Source: a virus. Taken from it: a stretch of 64,000 nucleotides of DNA. This document shows positions 10,794-19,206 of this stretch, piece by piece; position 1 is the stretch's first letter, and every line of letters begins with the position of its first letter. The stretch covers positions 25,960 through 89,959 of IMG/VR virus record IMGVR_UViG_3300020202_000066; one strand, 5' to 3'. The notes below the pieces were generated by a model, which searched no databases, was not told the origin of the DNA, and saw only the letters and a program-made list of their open reading frames with translations. The translations under genes were made by a program, and so were the position numbers.

Positions 10794-11296
10794 TCAACGA
10801 GCCGGGCGTCCGCTGTCAATCTCGCCCCTGACCTCGATGCCGGGGGATTCGATCACGGTGAACACGCCAGAACACCGCTTGGCGTACTCGACCGCCTCTT
10901 CTCGGCTCGGGAACGCCAAGCTGTGGCCAGGGTCGTAGGGAAGTCCGCCGACGTGCACCGCGATTCGCCATGTACCGTTCTGCTGCACGCCGCTATCGTC
11001 ATGGATCAGCGGCATCTCGAAGATGAAGAGCCGCACCTGATCCTGCCCTCGCTTCATCGCTCCTCCTTGTTCGTCGCGCACCCACACTCGACCGCGGGCA
11101 CCAGCGAGCAGCACGGCGGCAGCCGTCGGGCGTTCTGCTGGTCGCGGCACCACAGCACGTCGTCTGCCACCTCGGCGCGGGTGCCTACGAGCTGGTGCTC
11201 CGCCGGGTGCCGACCGGTGCAGCGCAGGCACCACCGCTCGAGGGTCGACTCGTCCTCGATCCGGGGAATCTTGCCGCCGACGCCGGTCCAGGTCAT
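10794..11296 (-). CDS. Two small hypothetical ORFs (11054-11296; ~10794-11057)
   Basis: RBS and ATGA coupling. Confidence 0.45.
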
Positions 11297-11412
11297 GTTG
11301 CTCCTCTCGCCCGGGTCTCCGCCCGCGCTTCGCCTACTTCTTCTCCCACGCCCCTCGGAGAGGGGCCCGCGCCTGGCTGGCGCGGGCTGTGGACTGGGCT
11401 AGTCAGGCCCTG

Positions 11413-11493
11413 CTACACTCGGACTGTCACCCTCCAGGTGATCGCGATCTGGCCGACCTTCACCGTCAGCTGGATCGTGTAGGTGCGCCGCAT
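11413..11493 (-). CDS. 26-aa peptide MRRTYTIQLTVKVGQIAITWRVTVRV
   Basis: GGAGGGAG RBS, first ORF after the promoter at ~11620-11648. Confidence 0.5.
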   Translation of the reverse strand: MRRTYTIQLTVKVGQIAITWRVTVRV

Positions 11494-11587
11494 AGGCTCC
11501 CTCCTTTCAGGGGCCCCAGTGGCTGCTGGGGCTTCTGTGACCCGGGTGTCGGGTCAACGGGATGGGGCCTTTTCCTTTTCTCCTGCC

Positions 11588-11648
11588 CGGGGCCGCGTCG
11601 CGCGTCCCTCACACTCTTAACTGTAACGCGAGAGTTACTGATGCGCAA
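11588..11648 (-). promoter_or_regulatory. Sigma70-type promoter copy 1 (TTGCGC-17-TACAGT) with GTAAC-N6-GTTAC palindrome
   Basis: Exact 17-bp spacing; duplicated at 12391-12450. Confidence 0.7.
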
Positions 11649-11651
11649 GCG

Positions 11652-11987
11652 TCATCGCGAACTTTTTTCGCGCGGCCTTCGGGCGACCGGCTGCGCCCTG
11701 ATCTCCGCCGACCGCTGACGCTCGCCTGGCGTCAGATCCTCCTCGTCGACTGGGACCTCCACCCGGCCGGGCTCCTCCAGGTCGAGCGCGAGGGTGAGCG
11801 TCCCGCCGAGGGCTCGCACGTACCGGTCCAGCGCTGCGACGCCCGCGCGCCAGTCCCGCTCCAGGCGTAACACCGCCTGCGGCGTCACGCCCAGCCGCTC
11901 GGCGACCTCCACCCGGTTGAGTCCCGCCAGATGCCGGGCGGCGTCCAACCCGTCGACACGCTGCGCGCCGCTTCGTCTCGTCGCCAT
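11652..11987 (-). CDS. XRE-family HTH regulator
   Basis: LDAARHLAGLNRVEVAERLGVTPQAVLRLE..L.RYVRALGG. Confidence 0.85.
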   Translation of the reverse strand: MATRRSGAQRVDGLDAARHLAGLNRVEVAERLGVTPQAVLRLERDWRAGVAALDRYVRALGGTLTLALDLEEPGRVEVPVDEEDLTPGERQRSAEIRAQPVARRPREKSSR

Positions 11988-12021
11988 TGTCTCCTCCTCT
12001 GGGCAGCGCCCGGGCCTCCCG

Positions 12022-12371
12022 CTACTTTGCCGGCGCCAGCTCAATCGCGGCCTTCCCGGCCGGCCCGTCTGTAGCCAGTGCCTCTAGCAGCTCGTCGAGT
12101 TCTGCGTCCCGCGGCGCGGGCGACGGCGCTACCAGCCCAGCGATCGCCGCCATCACCGCGTCAATTCCATCCCCGTCCAACTCGTCCATGTTGCCCTCCC
12201 TCCCTGCACGCCACCACGACCCAAGCGCACCGGGCCCCCTCTCGGGGGCCCCTCCGGCTACTTCGCCCGCTCCCTCTCCATCACCTCGATCAGGTGGTCC
12301 AGCGCTGCGTCCCTCTCCGGGCTGGCTTCGGTCGCCATCAGGGCCTCGAGCACTTCCTGCATCTCGTTCAT
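12022..12371 (-). CDS. Two small acidic paralogous peptides (12258-12371, 12022-12189)
   Basis: RBSs present; PERDAALDHLIEV vs PRDAELDELLEAL. Confidence 0.5.
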
Positions 12372-12390
12372 CTTGTCCTCCCTCACCGCC

Positions 12391-12450
12391 GGGGCCGCGT
12401 CGCGCGTCCCTCACACTCTCAACTGTAACGTGTGAGTTGTAGTTACGCAA
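12391..12450 (-). promoter_or_regulatory. Sigma70-type promoter copy 2 (TTGCGT-17-TACAGT)
   Basis: About 40-bp near-identical repeat of 11588-11630. Confidence 0.7.
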
Positions 12451-13168
12451 GAGATTTCGCGAATATTTTTCGGAAGCCCGCCGGCCCCGCCTGGAACGCT
12501 GTCTCGCTGCCGCTGCTGCTCCCGCTTCGCGACCGACGTGAGCCCCCCGACGCAGCGTCGGAACAGCGCGTCACCGCACACCGACGGACATGCTTCTCAC
12601 CTGGAGCGCCGCATCCGCTTCGTCCGCTGGACGGCCTCTCCTACAGGTAGCCGTGCCGCTGGACCAGCGGCCGCCGGGACTCGCGGGGCCACTGCCGGCC
12701 GTACCACTTCCGCTTACCACGTACCCATGCCTCGCTCCCGCCCTCGTTCTGGGCCGTCCTCGCGTTGTGCGCGGCTACGGTGAGTCCAAGGGTCGCGCAT
12801 CAAGACTTGGCGCGATCTTCGGCTGACACGTGGAGGTCGCGCGTGGGGAACCTGACGGATAGCGGCATGGTGCGGGCGGCGACGTGGATGTGTATCGCGT
12901 GCGCCTTGGTCACAGCGTGCCTGGTGGGGTGGCTGGAGTATCGCGTCCGAGGGGGACGGCTCGACGCACCAGCGCGCGACGTGGAGTCCGTCCCGCACGA
13001 TGGACAGGGCGGCGCCGTGCCAGTCCTCCACCGGCCGGAGGACTGCCCGGCGAGCTTTCGTCTGCTCTCCCCGTCGATCGCCGCGCCGAGCGACTCGGAC
13101 GCCTTGGTCTGCTACGGCCTGACGGTCGGCGCGGCGACCTTCAGCGGCAGCACGGGGATGACGGGGCT

Positions 13169-13663
13169 GTGAGGGTCGAGGAGCTCCTCAAGAGGGCCCG
13201 TTCCCAGATCGGACGGAAGACCATCTACCGCCTCGGGTCCGGCGGCATGTGCCCCGGGGCCGACCGGCCGACCGGCGATGACGGCGCCTGCGACTGCTCC
13301 GGCTTCGTGTGCTGGGCGCTGAGGCTCTGCCGAAACACGAACCATCCGTTCTACATGAAGCAGACGGGCGGGTGGATCAACACCAACGCGATGGCGGCTG
13401 ACATCAAGGCAACCGCCGGGTTCTTCGAGAAGTTGTCGAAGGCGAAGCCGGGCTGCATTGTGGTGTACCCGGGCGGTATCCCTGGTCACAAGATCGGGCA
13501 TGTCGGCATCGTCGCGTCTGTCTCCGGCGGCCGGCCAGGCACCGTGATCCACTGCAGCTCCGGCAACTTCCGGACTCACGGTGACGCGATACGGGAGACC
13601 GGGCCCGAGGTCTTCGACACCCCGCACTCTCTGTTCGGCTGGTACTCCGGTCTCGAGGGGTGA
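13169..13663 (+). CDS. NlpC/P60/CHAP-like peptidoglycan hydrolase
   Basis: DCSGFVCWAL, PGCIVV, GHVGIV, IHCS. Confidence 0.8.
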   Translation: MRVEELLKRARSQIGRKTIYRLGSGGMCPGADRPTGDDGACDCSGFVCWALRLCRNTNHPFYMKQTGGWINTNAMAADIKATAGFFEKLSKAKPGCIVVYPGGIPGHKIGHVGIVASVSGGRPGTVIHCSSGNFRTHGDAIRETGPEVFDTPHSLFGWYSGLEG

Positions 13664-13729
13664 CCGTGCCCCGACTCGCTGCCGCGGCCGTGCAGGTGAA
13701 CGCGGACTGCGGCAGCGCGGCGCGCTGAG

Positions 13730-13918
13730 ATGTTGATGCCCCGAGGACTTCCGCCCCGCCCGATCACAGTCCGATCCCTCGTCCGGCTCAAGGGCGGTGG
13801 CCCGCTGATGGTGGTCCACGTGCTGATCCACAAGCGGGCGCACTGCCTCTGGCTCGCGGACGGTCGTACGCACGCTCGGTGGTTCCCGCTCGTCGCGCTC
13901 GAGCTCGAACGTGACTGA
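13730..13918 (+). CDS. YodC/DUF2158-like small protein
   Basis: VRLKGGGPLMVV..C.W..F...LE. Confidence 0.6.
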   Translation: MLMPRGLPPRPITVRSLVRLKGGGPLMVVHVLIHKRAHCLWLADGRTHARWFPLVALELERD

Positions 13919-14816
13919 CGCTAGCGTCAGAGCGGCTATGCTCTCCCGCATGAAGTTCCCCGCCATCCACTCTCAGGTGCATCACACCGCTGCCGGGACG
14001 CCGTACCTCCGCGAGCCCGGTATTGTGCTGATCGCGCAGCCGCAGGTCGACCTCTCAGGGCTCCGCGGATTCCTGGAGGGCTTCGATCCGGAGCTCGAGT
14101 TCCCCGCCTACCTGGACGACCCCGTGCAGCTGCCGCCGGCGGAGCAGCTCGTGAAGGTCGCTGGCCAGCTGTGCTATGCGTCCTTCGGGCCGAAGCGCAC
14201 TCTGAACGAGCGGGCGCAGGCTTACCTGGACCACATCAAAGAGTCAGGTCACGGTTCCGTGTGCGAGCACGCGAACTTCACCTTCCTTCTGTACGGAGTT
14301 GATCGGGCTCTGACGCACGAGCTGGTCCGGCATCGAGCTGGCGTCGCGATCTCGCAGCTGAGCCAGCGATTCGTGGATGGGAAGGTTCTGCGTTTCGTGG
14401 AGCGGCCGGAGTACCAGGGCCATCCGCATCTGCACGAGCGCTTCGAGCTCTGGATCGATCTGGCCGCCGAGGAGTACCGGATCCGCACCGAGATCCTGCT
14501 CGAGCTCCAAGGCGACGGAGTCGAGCTTCTGTCGGACGAGGACCGCACGGGGCGACGGAAGAAGGTTCAGCAGGCGTCGCGATCCTGTCTGCCGAACGAG
14601 ACGGAAGCCCCCATCATCATCACGCCGAACGCGCGAGCGCTTCGCCACATCATCGAGATGAGAGGGGCGGGCGCGGCCGACATCCCGATCCGGCTCGCGG
14701 CAATGGGGATGCTGGAGGTCATGCAGCAGTTGGCCCCGATGCTGTTCTCCGACTACGACGTTGTGCAGCACACGGACGGCACGCAGGTCGCATCGACCAA
14801 GTGGCGCAAGGTCTAG
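13911..14816 (+). CDS. thyX: Flavin-dependent thymidylate synthase
   Basis: GHGSVCEH, THELVRHR..SQLSQRF, LPN, N.RALRH.I..R. Confidence 0.92.
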   Translation: MTDASVRAAMLSRMKFPAIHSQVHHTAAGTPYLREPGIVLIAQPQVDLSGLRGFLEGFDPELEFPAYLDDPVQLPPAEQLVKVAGQLCYASFGPKRTLNERAQAYLDHIKESGHGSVCEHANFTFLLYGVDRALTHELVRHRAGVAISQLSQRFVDGKVLRFVERPEYQGHPHLHERFELWIDLAAEEYRIRTEILLELQGDGVELLSDEDRTGRRKKVQQASRSCLPNETEAPIIITPNARALRHIIEMRGAGAADIPIRLAAMGMLEVMQQLAPMLFSDYDVVQHTDGTQVASTKWRKV

Positions 14817-15144
14817 GGCCCCGATCGAGGCCATCACCAGTGCGGGTGCTTTCTCTTGGCTCGTCGGCGTCGGCGAGCGCGCGCTTCGGGCGACTGAGAC
14901 GCCGGCGGCGCGCCAGAAGGGAAGGGGGGCAGCCTGCGAGGCTCGGGCTCTCGGGGTGCGCCGACGAGCGAAGGAGGCAGGACGCCAAGTGCGATCGCGG
15001 CCAGGATCAGCTGCGTAGATGGCGGAAGCGGCGGCGAAGGCCTGATCAAGGTCGTCTGGCCGGGGATGCTTTCGGCGACGAGCTGGCAGTCGCACGGAGA
15101 CACCACGTGGCCGCAGACGAGCACCATGTTCTCCGCTTCGTCGT

Positions 15145-15680
15145 TCATTCTGCACTCCCGCTCTCGATGTCCAGCCGGCGCGCGATCGCCTCAGCCTTCT
15201 CCTCCTCGCGCTCGTAGCGGTAGTCGATCCAGCGGAGGCGGATGGACGCAAGCGCCGACGGGATCATCGAGACGAACAGCAGCGCAAACACGAGCGGCTG
15301 CGACACGCCGAGGAAGACCAGTCCGAGCGCCGCTCCTGCCAGCCAGCGTTCCGCCTTCTCCCTCAGTGACCGCCGCTGCTCACGGTGGCGGTCACGGCGC
15401 CGCACTTGGGCGACGGCCAACTTCACCAGGGCCGAGCCGCTTCGGTCGACATTCAGATCTTGGCTCGGGGGCGCGGGGATCACGCCGTGCTCGAAGCTCA
15501 CCGGCCCCACCACCCGTCATCGGAGGGGATCTCCGGCAGGGCGGTAGCGATGAACAGTCCCGCTGCCGCGGCGCCCGCTACAGCGCAGGCGAGCTCCCTG
15601 GCAGGGCCGGCCTCAAGAAGCGCGTAGCTGCAGGTGGCCGCGCACAGGATGCACCCGAGGAGAAAGCTGATCGGGTTCAT
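15145..15680 (-). CDS. Two small membrane proteins (15498-15680; 15145-15513)
   Basis: Hydrophobic segments. Confidence 0.45.
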
Positions 15681-15726
15681 GGGTCCTCCCTTCTCGGGAG
15701 AACCCTAGCCGCGATCGAGAGGAGTT

Positions 15727-16191
15727 CTAGGGCTCGGGCGCGATCTCACTCCGGGCAGGTTCGCGCTCCGCCCCGGTCTCGGTCGAGCCGTCGGGGAACA
15801 CCACGATGCAGGGAACGCCGCTTTTCCGGGCGAAATCGATCGTGTACCACGTACCGCCGCGAGCCTGGTGCGTGGACTCGCGCGGGCAGCCGATGATGAG
15901 GTCGACACTCCGCACGATCGCCCGATTCCGAGCGAAGTGAGTGGCTGGAGGGGCGACCTCATCGTTGAAGGAGAAGCAACCCTGCCATGGGTCGCCGTCG
16001 GGACCGGGCATGGAGTGGATCCGCGGGCGCGGCTGCATCTTGTCCGCGATGGCGGCTACCTCGACGTCGACGCCGCTGCACTGCCCGTGGACGAACAGTG
16101 CCGGGCGGTGCTCCTGAAGGAGGTCGAGCACGCGCTCGCGCTGCGCAGGCGTCATCCCGTAGCGGGTTCCGGTGATTCCGATTCGGGTCAT
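15727..16191 (-). CDS. SLOG-superfamily nucleotide-binding protein
   Basis: IGITGTR, HG.C.GVD, ARNRAIV, GGTWYTI. Confidence 0.75.
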   Translation of the reverse strand: MTRIGITGTRYGMTPAQRERVLDLLQEHRPALFVHGQCSGVDVEVAAIADKMQPRPRIHSMPGPDGDPWQGCFSFNDEVAPPATHFARNRAIVRSVDLIIGCPRESTHQARGGTWYTIDFARKSGVPCIVVFPDGSTETGAEREPARSEIAPEP

Positions 16192-16489
16192 CGCTGCTAC
16201 CTCGCGATCTTGGTTTCGAGAGATCACGATAGCATGTCGTTCAGGTGGCGGTCGCTGGCCTTGGACGGCCGACGCGCTTGCACGTCACCTTGAACTTCCG
16301 GAACTCCTGGATGCTCAGCAGCTCTGGCGCGGCCGCGGAGAGGTACACGATCAGCACGTCTCCGGCGCCGACACCCACCGAGACCAGCCCACGAGTGCCG
16401 GACTTGTCCAGGCTGGCGTAGAGTTCACGTGCGGCGGTGGCGGCCGTCATAGCTCGAAGCGTACCAGCTCTGGCGGCAAGCGAACGCGA

Positions 16490-16571
16490 TGGGGCCGTGC
16501 CGAATCGAACGGCCAAGCGCGGCGGCATCTGCTCTACAGGCAGACGGTGGATCCCACTCCCCAGCAGCCCC
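16490..16571 (-). tRNA. tRNA-Tyr(GTA)
   Basis: tctgc-ctGTAga-gcaga; long variable arm. Confidence 0.8.
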
Positions 16572-16582
16572 GGGAACCGAAG

Positions 16583-16657
16583 TACCGCCAGCGGGATTCG
16601 AACCCGCACTGTCACGACTCTCGATCGTGTGCCTCTGCCAGGTTGGGCTACGGCGGC
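16583..16657 (-). tRNA. tRNA-Leu(GAG), short variable loop, C33
   Basis: cacga-tcGAGag-tcgtg. Confidence 0.75.
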
Positions 16658-16664
16658 AAGAAAG

Positions 16665-16748
16665 TACCCGGGGTGGGAGTCGAACCCACAAATGGACTCG
16701 CGTCCGCTGGGTCTGAGCCAGCTGGCTATCCCGTTCGCCTACCCGGGC
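16665..16748 (-). tRNA. tRNA-Leu(CAG)
   Basis: gctgg-ctCAGac-ccagc. Confidence 0.85.
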
Positions 16749-16764
16749 AAGATGAACCGCACCA

Positions 16765-16837
16765 TGCCGACCCGCGGGATCGCACCGCGTTCTCCCGCTC
16801 TTCAGGCGGGCGTGAGGACTACCTTCACCAGATCGGC
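16765..16837 (-). tRNA. tRNA-Phe(GAA)
   Basis: cccgc-ctGAAga-gcggg; TGC T-loop. Confidence 0.8.
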
Positions 16838-16848
16838 GAGAGATCGCG

Positions 16849-16922
16849 TGCCCGCCCCGGGATTCGAACCCGGAACCTTCCGCTTTTGAGACGGATGCCT
16901 CTACCGGTTGGACCAGGCGGGC
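16849..16922 (-). tRNA. tRNA-Leu(CAA), short variable loop
   Basis: tccgt-ctCAAaa-gcgga. Confidence 0.85.
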
Positions 16923-16927
16923 GAGAG

Positions 16928-16998
16928 CAGGCCCTGACGGATTCGAACCGCCACCCGACGGGTTGGAGCCGTCGATGCTGCCGTTACACCAAGGACCT
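16928..16998 (-). tRNA. tRNA-Trp(CCA)
   Basis: gacgg-ctCCAac-ccgtc. Confidence 0.9.
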
Positions 16999-17014
16999 GA
17001 GTGGGGAGTGCAGC

Positions 17015-17090
17015 TGGCTCCGGGAGCAGGGATCGAACCTGCGGCGGACCGGTTAACAGCCGGCTGCTCTGCCAACTGAGCTATCCCGGA
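17015..17090 (-). tRNA. tRNA-Asn(GTT)
   Basis: Canonical cloverleaf with encoded CCA. Confidence 0.92.
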
Positions 17091-17096
17091 GCGAGC

Positions 17097-17168
17097 TGGT
17101 TGCGGGCCCGGGTGTCGATCCCGGCATTCCAGGCTTATGAGGCCCGGCTGATCGCCGAATCGCCCGCA
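17097..17168 (-). tRNA. tRNA-Met(CAT), initiator-like, reduced D-arm
   Basis: ccgggc-ctCATaa-gcctgg; ends cccgcaacca. Confidence 0.75.
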
Positions 17169-17187
17169 ACGAGTTAGGGCTGGGCCG

Positions 17188-17364
17188 TCAGGCCCCGGGA
17201 TTGAGAAGGCGCAGAAGGCACCAGGCCCATGCGGGCCCGGTAAAGAGGGGGAGCCGCCACAAGTGCGGCCGTGCAGCGGGATAACGCCGAGGGACGGACG
17301 TGGTGGTCGGGAGCGCAGCACCGACCGCGGGCGCTGCCGGGCGGATCGAATGCTGTCCAGTCAT
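17188..17364 (-). promoter_or_regulatory. Putative leader ORF (58 aa) for the Met/Asn/Trp/Leu/Phe/Tyr tRNA sub-cluster
   Basis: GAGGAG RBS; 3' half contains TAT, TTG, TGGx3, CTC/CTT, TTT, CTG, AAT. Confidence 0.65.
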
Positions 17365-17435
17365 CGGTGGCTCCTCGGGGCACGTCAGGCCCTCGGGGTC
17401 GACGTAGGATCCGACGGCGGCGGTGGGTGCAATAA

Positions 17436-17506
17436 AGGCCCCAGAGAGAATCGAACTCTCGCCACCGGGTTACAAAGCCGGCGCTCGACCTTCGAGCTAT
17501 GAGGCC
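17436..17506 (-). tRNA. tRNA-Thr(TGT), imperfect stems
   Basis: ttTGTaa loop; T-arm gagag-ttcgatt-ctctc. Confidence 0.7.
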
Positions 17507-17510
17507 GAAG

Positions 17511-17582
17511 AGCCCTGACGGCGGATCGAACGCCGGTCTGCTGCTTACGAAACAGCCATCCTACCAACTGGACGATCAGGGC
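17511..17582 (-). tRNA. tRNA-Thr(CGT)
   Basis: gctgt-ttCGTaa-gcagc. Confidence 0.88.
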
Positions 17583-17585
17583 TGA

Positions 17586-17657
17586 AGCTCTCGCCGGGGG
17601 TCGAACCCGGGTTTCGGTCTTACCAAGACCGCGTGCTACCAGCTGCACCACGGGAGC
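17586..17657 (-). tRNA. tRNA-Thr(GGT)
   Basis: cggtc-ttGGTaa-gaccg. Confidence 0.88.
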
Positions 17658-17661
17658 GGAG

Positions 17662-17733
17662 TGCGGGTCGAGCGAGTCGAACGCTCTCATCCAGTTTGGA
17701 AGACTGGCATGCAACCACCAACATCTGGCCCGC
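17662..17733 (-). tRNA. tRNA-Gly(TCC)
   Basis: ccagt-ctTCCaa-actgg. Confidence 0.85.
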
Positions 17734-17743
17734 ATGAAACTGA

Positions 17744-17816
17744 AGTGCCCGGCGGGGCTCGAACCCGCGACCTCCTCGTTGGCAACGAGGCGTTCCGCCA
17801 ACCGAACTCCGAGCAC
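17744..17816 (-). tRNA. tRNA-Gly(GCC)
   Basis: cctcg-ttGCCaa-cgagg. Confidence 0.85.
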
Positions 17817-17820
17817 AGGA

Positions 17821-17893
17821 TGTGGCGAGAGGGAGTCGAACCCTCGTGACCGGATTCACAGCCCGGCGCCTGTACCGCTCGGCCATCGCCACC
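17821..17893 (-). tRNA. tRNA-His(GTG)
   Basis: ccggg-ctGTGaa-tccgg; G-1 encoded. Confidence 0.88.
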
Positions 17894-17911
17894 ACGATCA
17901 GCACTCGAACC

Positions 17912-17988
17912 TGGCGAACATGATGGGACTCGCACCCACTTTCTCCGGCGTGACGGGCCGGCGTCTCGACTGCTTCGACCTCATGTCC
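17912..17988 (-). tRNA. tRNA-Asp(GTC), C33
   Basis: ccggc-ccGTCac-gccgg; encoded CCA. Confidence 0.8.
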
Positions 17989-17992
17989 GTAG

Positions 17993-18066
17993 TTCGCCCG
18001 GAGGGACTCGAACCCCCGAAATGGCTGGGTGTAGGCCAGCTGCCTTTGCCGCTTGGCGACGGGCGA
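17993..18066 (-). tRNA. tRNA-Val(TAC), C33
   Basis: gctgg-ccTACac-ccagc. Confidence 0.82.
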
Positions 18067-18071
18067 ATGGA

Positions 18072-18142
18072 TGGAGCTCCAGGGAATCGAACCCTGATCT
18101 GCCGGGTGCAAGCCGACCGTCCTCCCGTTGAACGAGAGCCCC
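18072..18142 (-). tRNA. tRNA-Ala(TGC)
   Basis: GGGGC 5' end, G3:U70, ctTGCac loop. Confidence 0.88.
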
Positions 18143-18143
18143 A

Positions 18144-18183
18144 GAAAGAGAAACCCCCGGGCCAGGTGAGTGGTCCGGGGGCC
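18144..18183 (-). terminator. Intrinsic terminator (attenuator) immediately 5' of tRNA-Ala
   Basis: cccccggacc-loop-ggcccggggg then tttctctttct. Confidence 0.85.
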
Positions 18184-18206
18184 TTGAGCGCGCTCTTCAG
18201 TTCGCG

Positions 18207-18284
18207 CTACAGGGCGGACCACCCGCCGGCATCGACGCCGGCCGCGTGTGCGGTCGTCCCTGTGTGCACAGTGAAGAGCAGCAT
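18207..18284 (-). promoter_or_regulatory. Leader peptide MLLFTVHTGTTAHAAGVDAGGWSAL
   Basis: gatAGGAGacgaccATG; rich in T/V/H/G/A/D codons; gggtggtccg can pair with terminator arm cggaccactc. Confidence 0.8.
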
Positions 18285-18323
18285 GGTCGTCTCCTATCAC
18301 GGTCGTGGCTATCGCGGTGCAAG

Positions 18324-18395
18324 TCCTCGCGGAGAGATTCGAACTCCCAGCCGTCTGGTTCGAAGCCAGCCGCTCTTCCGCTGAGCTACGCGAGG
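18324..18395 (-). tRNA. tRNA-Arg(TCG)
   Basis: ctgg-ctTCGaa-ccag. Confidence 0.85.
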
Positions 18396-18399
18396 ATGA

Positions 18400-18472
18400 T
18401 GTACCCGGCAAGGCTCGAACTTGCGGCCGCCCTGGTAGGAACAGGGTGCTCCTCCGACTGAGCTACGGATGC
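18400..18472 (-). tRNA. tRNA-Arg(CCT)
   Basis: ccctg-ttCCTac-caggg. Confidence 0.85.
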
Positions 18473-18491
18473 AGGAGCCACACACGGGAAC

Positions 18492-18569
18492 TGGTCTGCG
18501 CGGAGGGACTCGAACCCCCGGTCTCCTGCTCCCAAGGCAGGCGCTTTCGCCAGGCTAAGCTACGCGCAG
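18492..18569 (-). tRNA. tRNA-Pro(TGG)
   Basis: cctgc-ctTGGga-gcagg; encoded CCA. Confidence 0.9.
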
Positions 18570-18572
18570 AGA

Positions 18573-18643
18573 TGCACCCACGTGGAATCGAACCACGGGC
18601 TCGGTCTTCGGAGGACCGCATCCTTCCTCTGGACGATGGGTGC
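18573..18643 (-). tRNA. tRNA-Arg(CCG)
   Basis: cggtc-ctCCGaa-gaccg. Confidence 0.88.
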
Positions 18644-18647
18644 TGCT

Positions 18648-18718
18648 TGGTGCCTCTGTCGGGAGTCGAACCCGATGGGCAGCCTTCGCAGGGCTGCCTC
18701 CAATCCCCTGGCAGAAGC
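18648..18718 (-). tRNA. tRNA-Arg(GCG), reduced D-arm
   Basis: cagcc-ctGCGaa-ggctg; encoded CCA. Confidence 0.72.
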
Positions 18719-18725
18719 ACGGAAG

Positions 18726-18797
18726 TAGGCCGTCGTGGTGCTGCCCCACGCTCCTCCGACTTATAAGGTCGGCGCTCTGCTGATGAGCTAACGGCCC
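18726..18797 (-). tRNA. tRNA-Ile(TAT)
   Basis: ccgac-ctTATaa-gtcgg; atypical T-loop ggcagca. Confidence 0.8.
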
Positions 18798-18818
18798 AGA
18801 TGGCCGGGAAGCGTGGAG

Positions 18819-18905
18819 CTATATACGCCGTCGGGGAGACGGCACCGGGGGTGGGCAGAATGGTCGCCTCGGGGCGAAGCTGGTGAGTGCGATGTGGGCG
18901 ACCAT
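18819..18905 (-). promoter_or_regulatory. Putative leader peptide MVAHIALTSFAPRRPFCPPPVPSPRRRI
   Basis: Contains AGG, CGA, CCA/CCG and ends CGA CGG CGT ATA TAG, matching the six downstream tRNAs. Confidence 0.7.
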
Positions 18906-18946
18906 GGTCCAGCGTAGCGCGCACGCGCGGTGGCTGGTGCAGATGA

Positions 18947-19033
18947 CGGAGAGCCAGAGACTCGAACTCTGACGCGGTGAACCGCCCGCCGGGTAGCAAC
19001 CGGGGCCCGATACCAGTTACGGGATAGCTCTCC
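18947..19033 (-). tRNA. tRNA-Ser(GCT)
   Basis: GGAGAG 5' end, ttGCTac loop, long variable arm. Confidence 0.88.
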
Positions 19034-19041
19034 AGGAACAG

Positions 19042-19122
19042 AGGAGGGCGGAGGTGTCGATCCCCGAGCCCGAAGGCCCCACCGTTTTCAAGACGGCTTG
19101 CCGCGCCGGCGGCGCGCCCTCC
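19042..19122 (-). tRNA. tRNA-Ser(TGA)
   Basis: gccgt-ctTGAaa-acggt, long variable arm. Confidence 0.8.
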
Positions 19123-19136
19123 AGGAACAACACCAG

Positions 19137-19206
19137 AACGCTGGCCGGGAATCGAACCCGGGCCGGTACCTTTGCAGGGCACCTCCGCGCCACGCGAATC
19201 CAGCGC
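19137..19206 (-). tRNA. tRNA-Cys(GCA)
   Basis: gtgcc-ctGCAaa-ggtac; U73. Confidence 0.8.
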
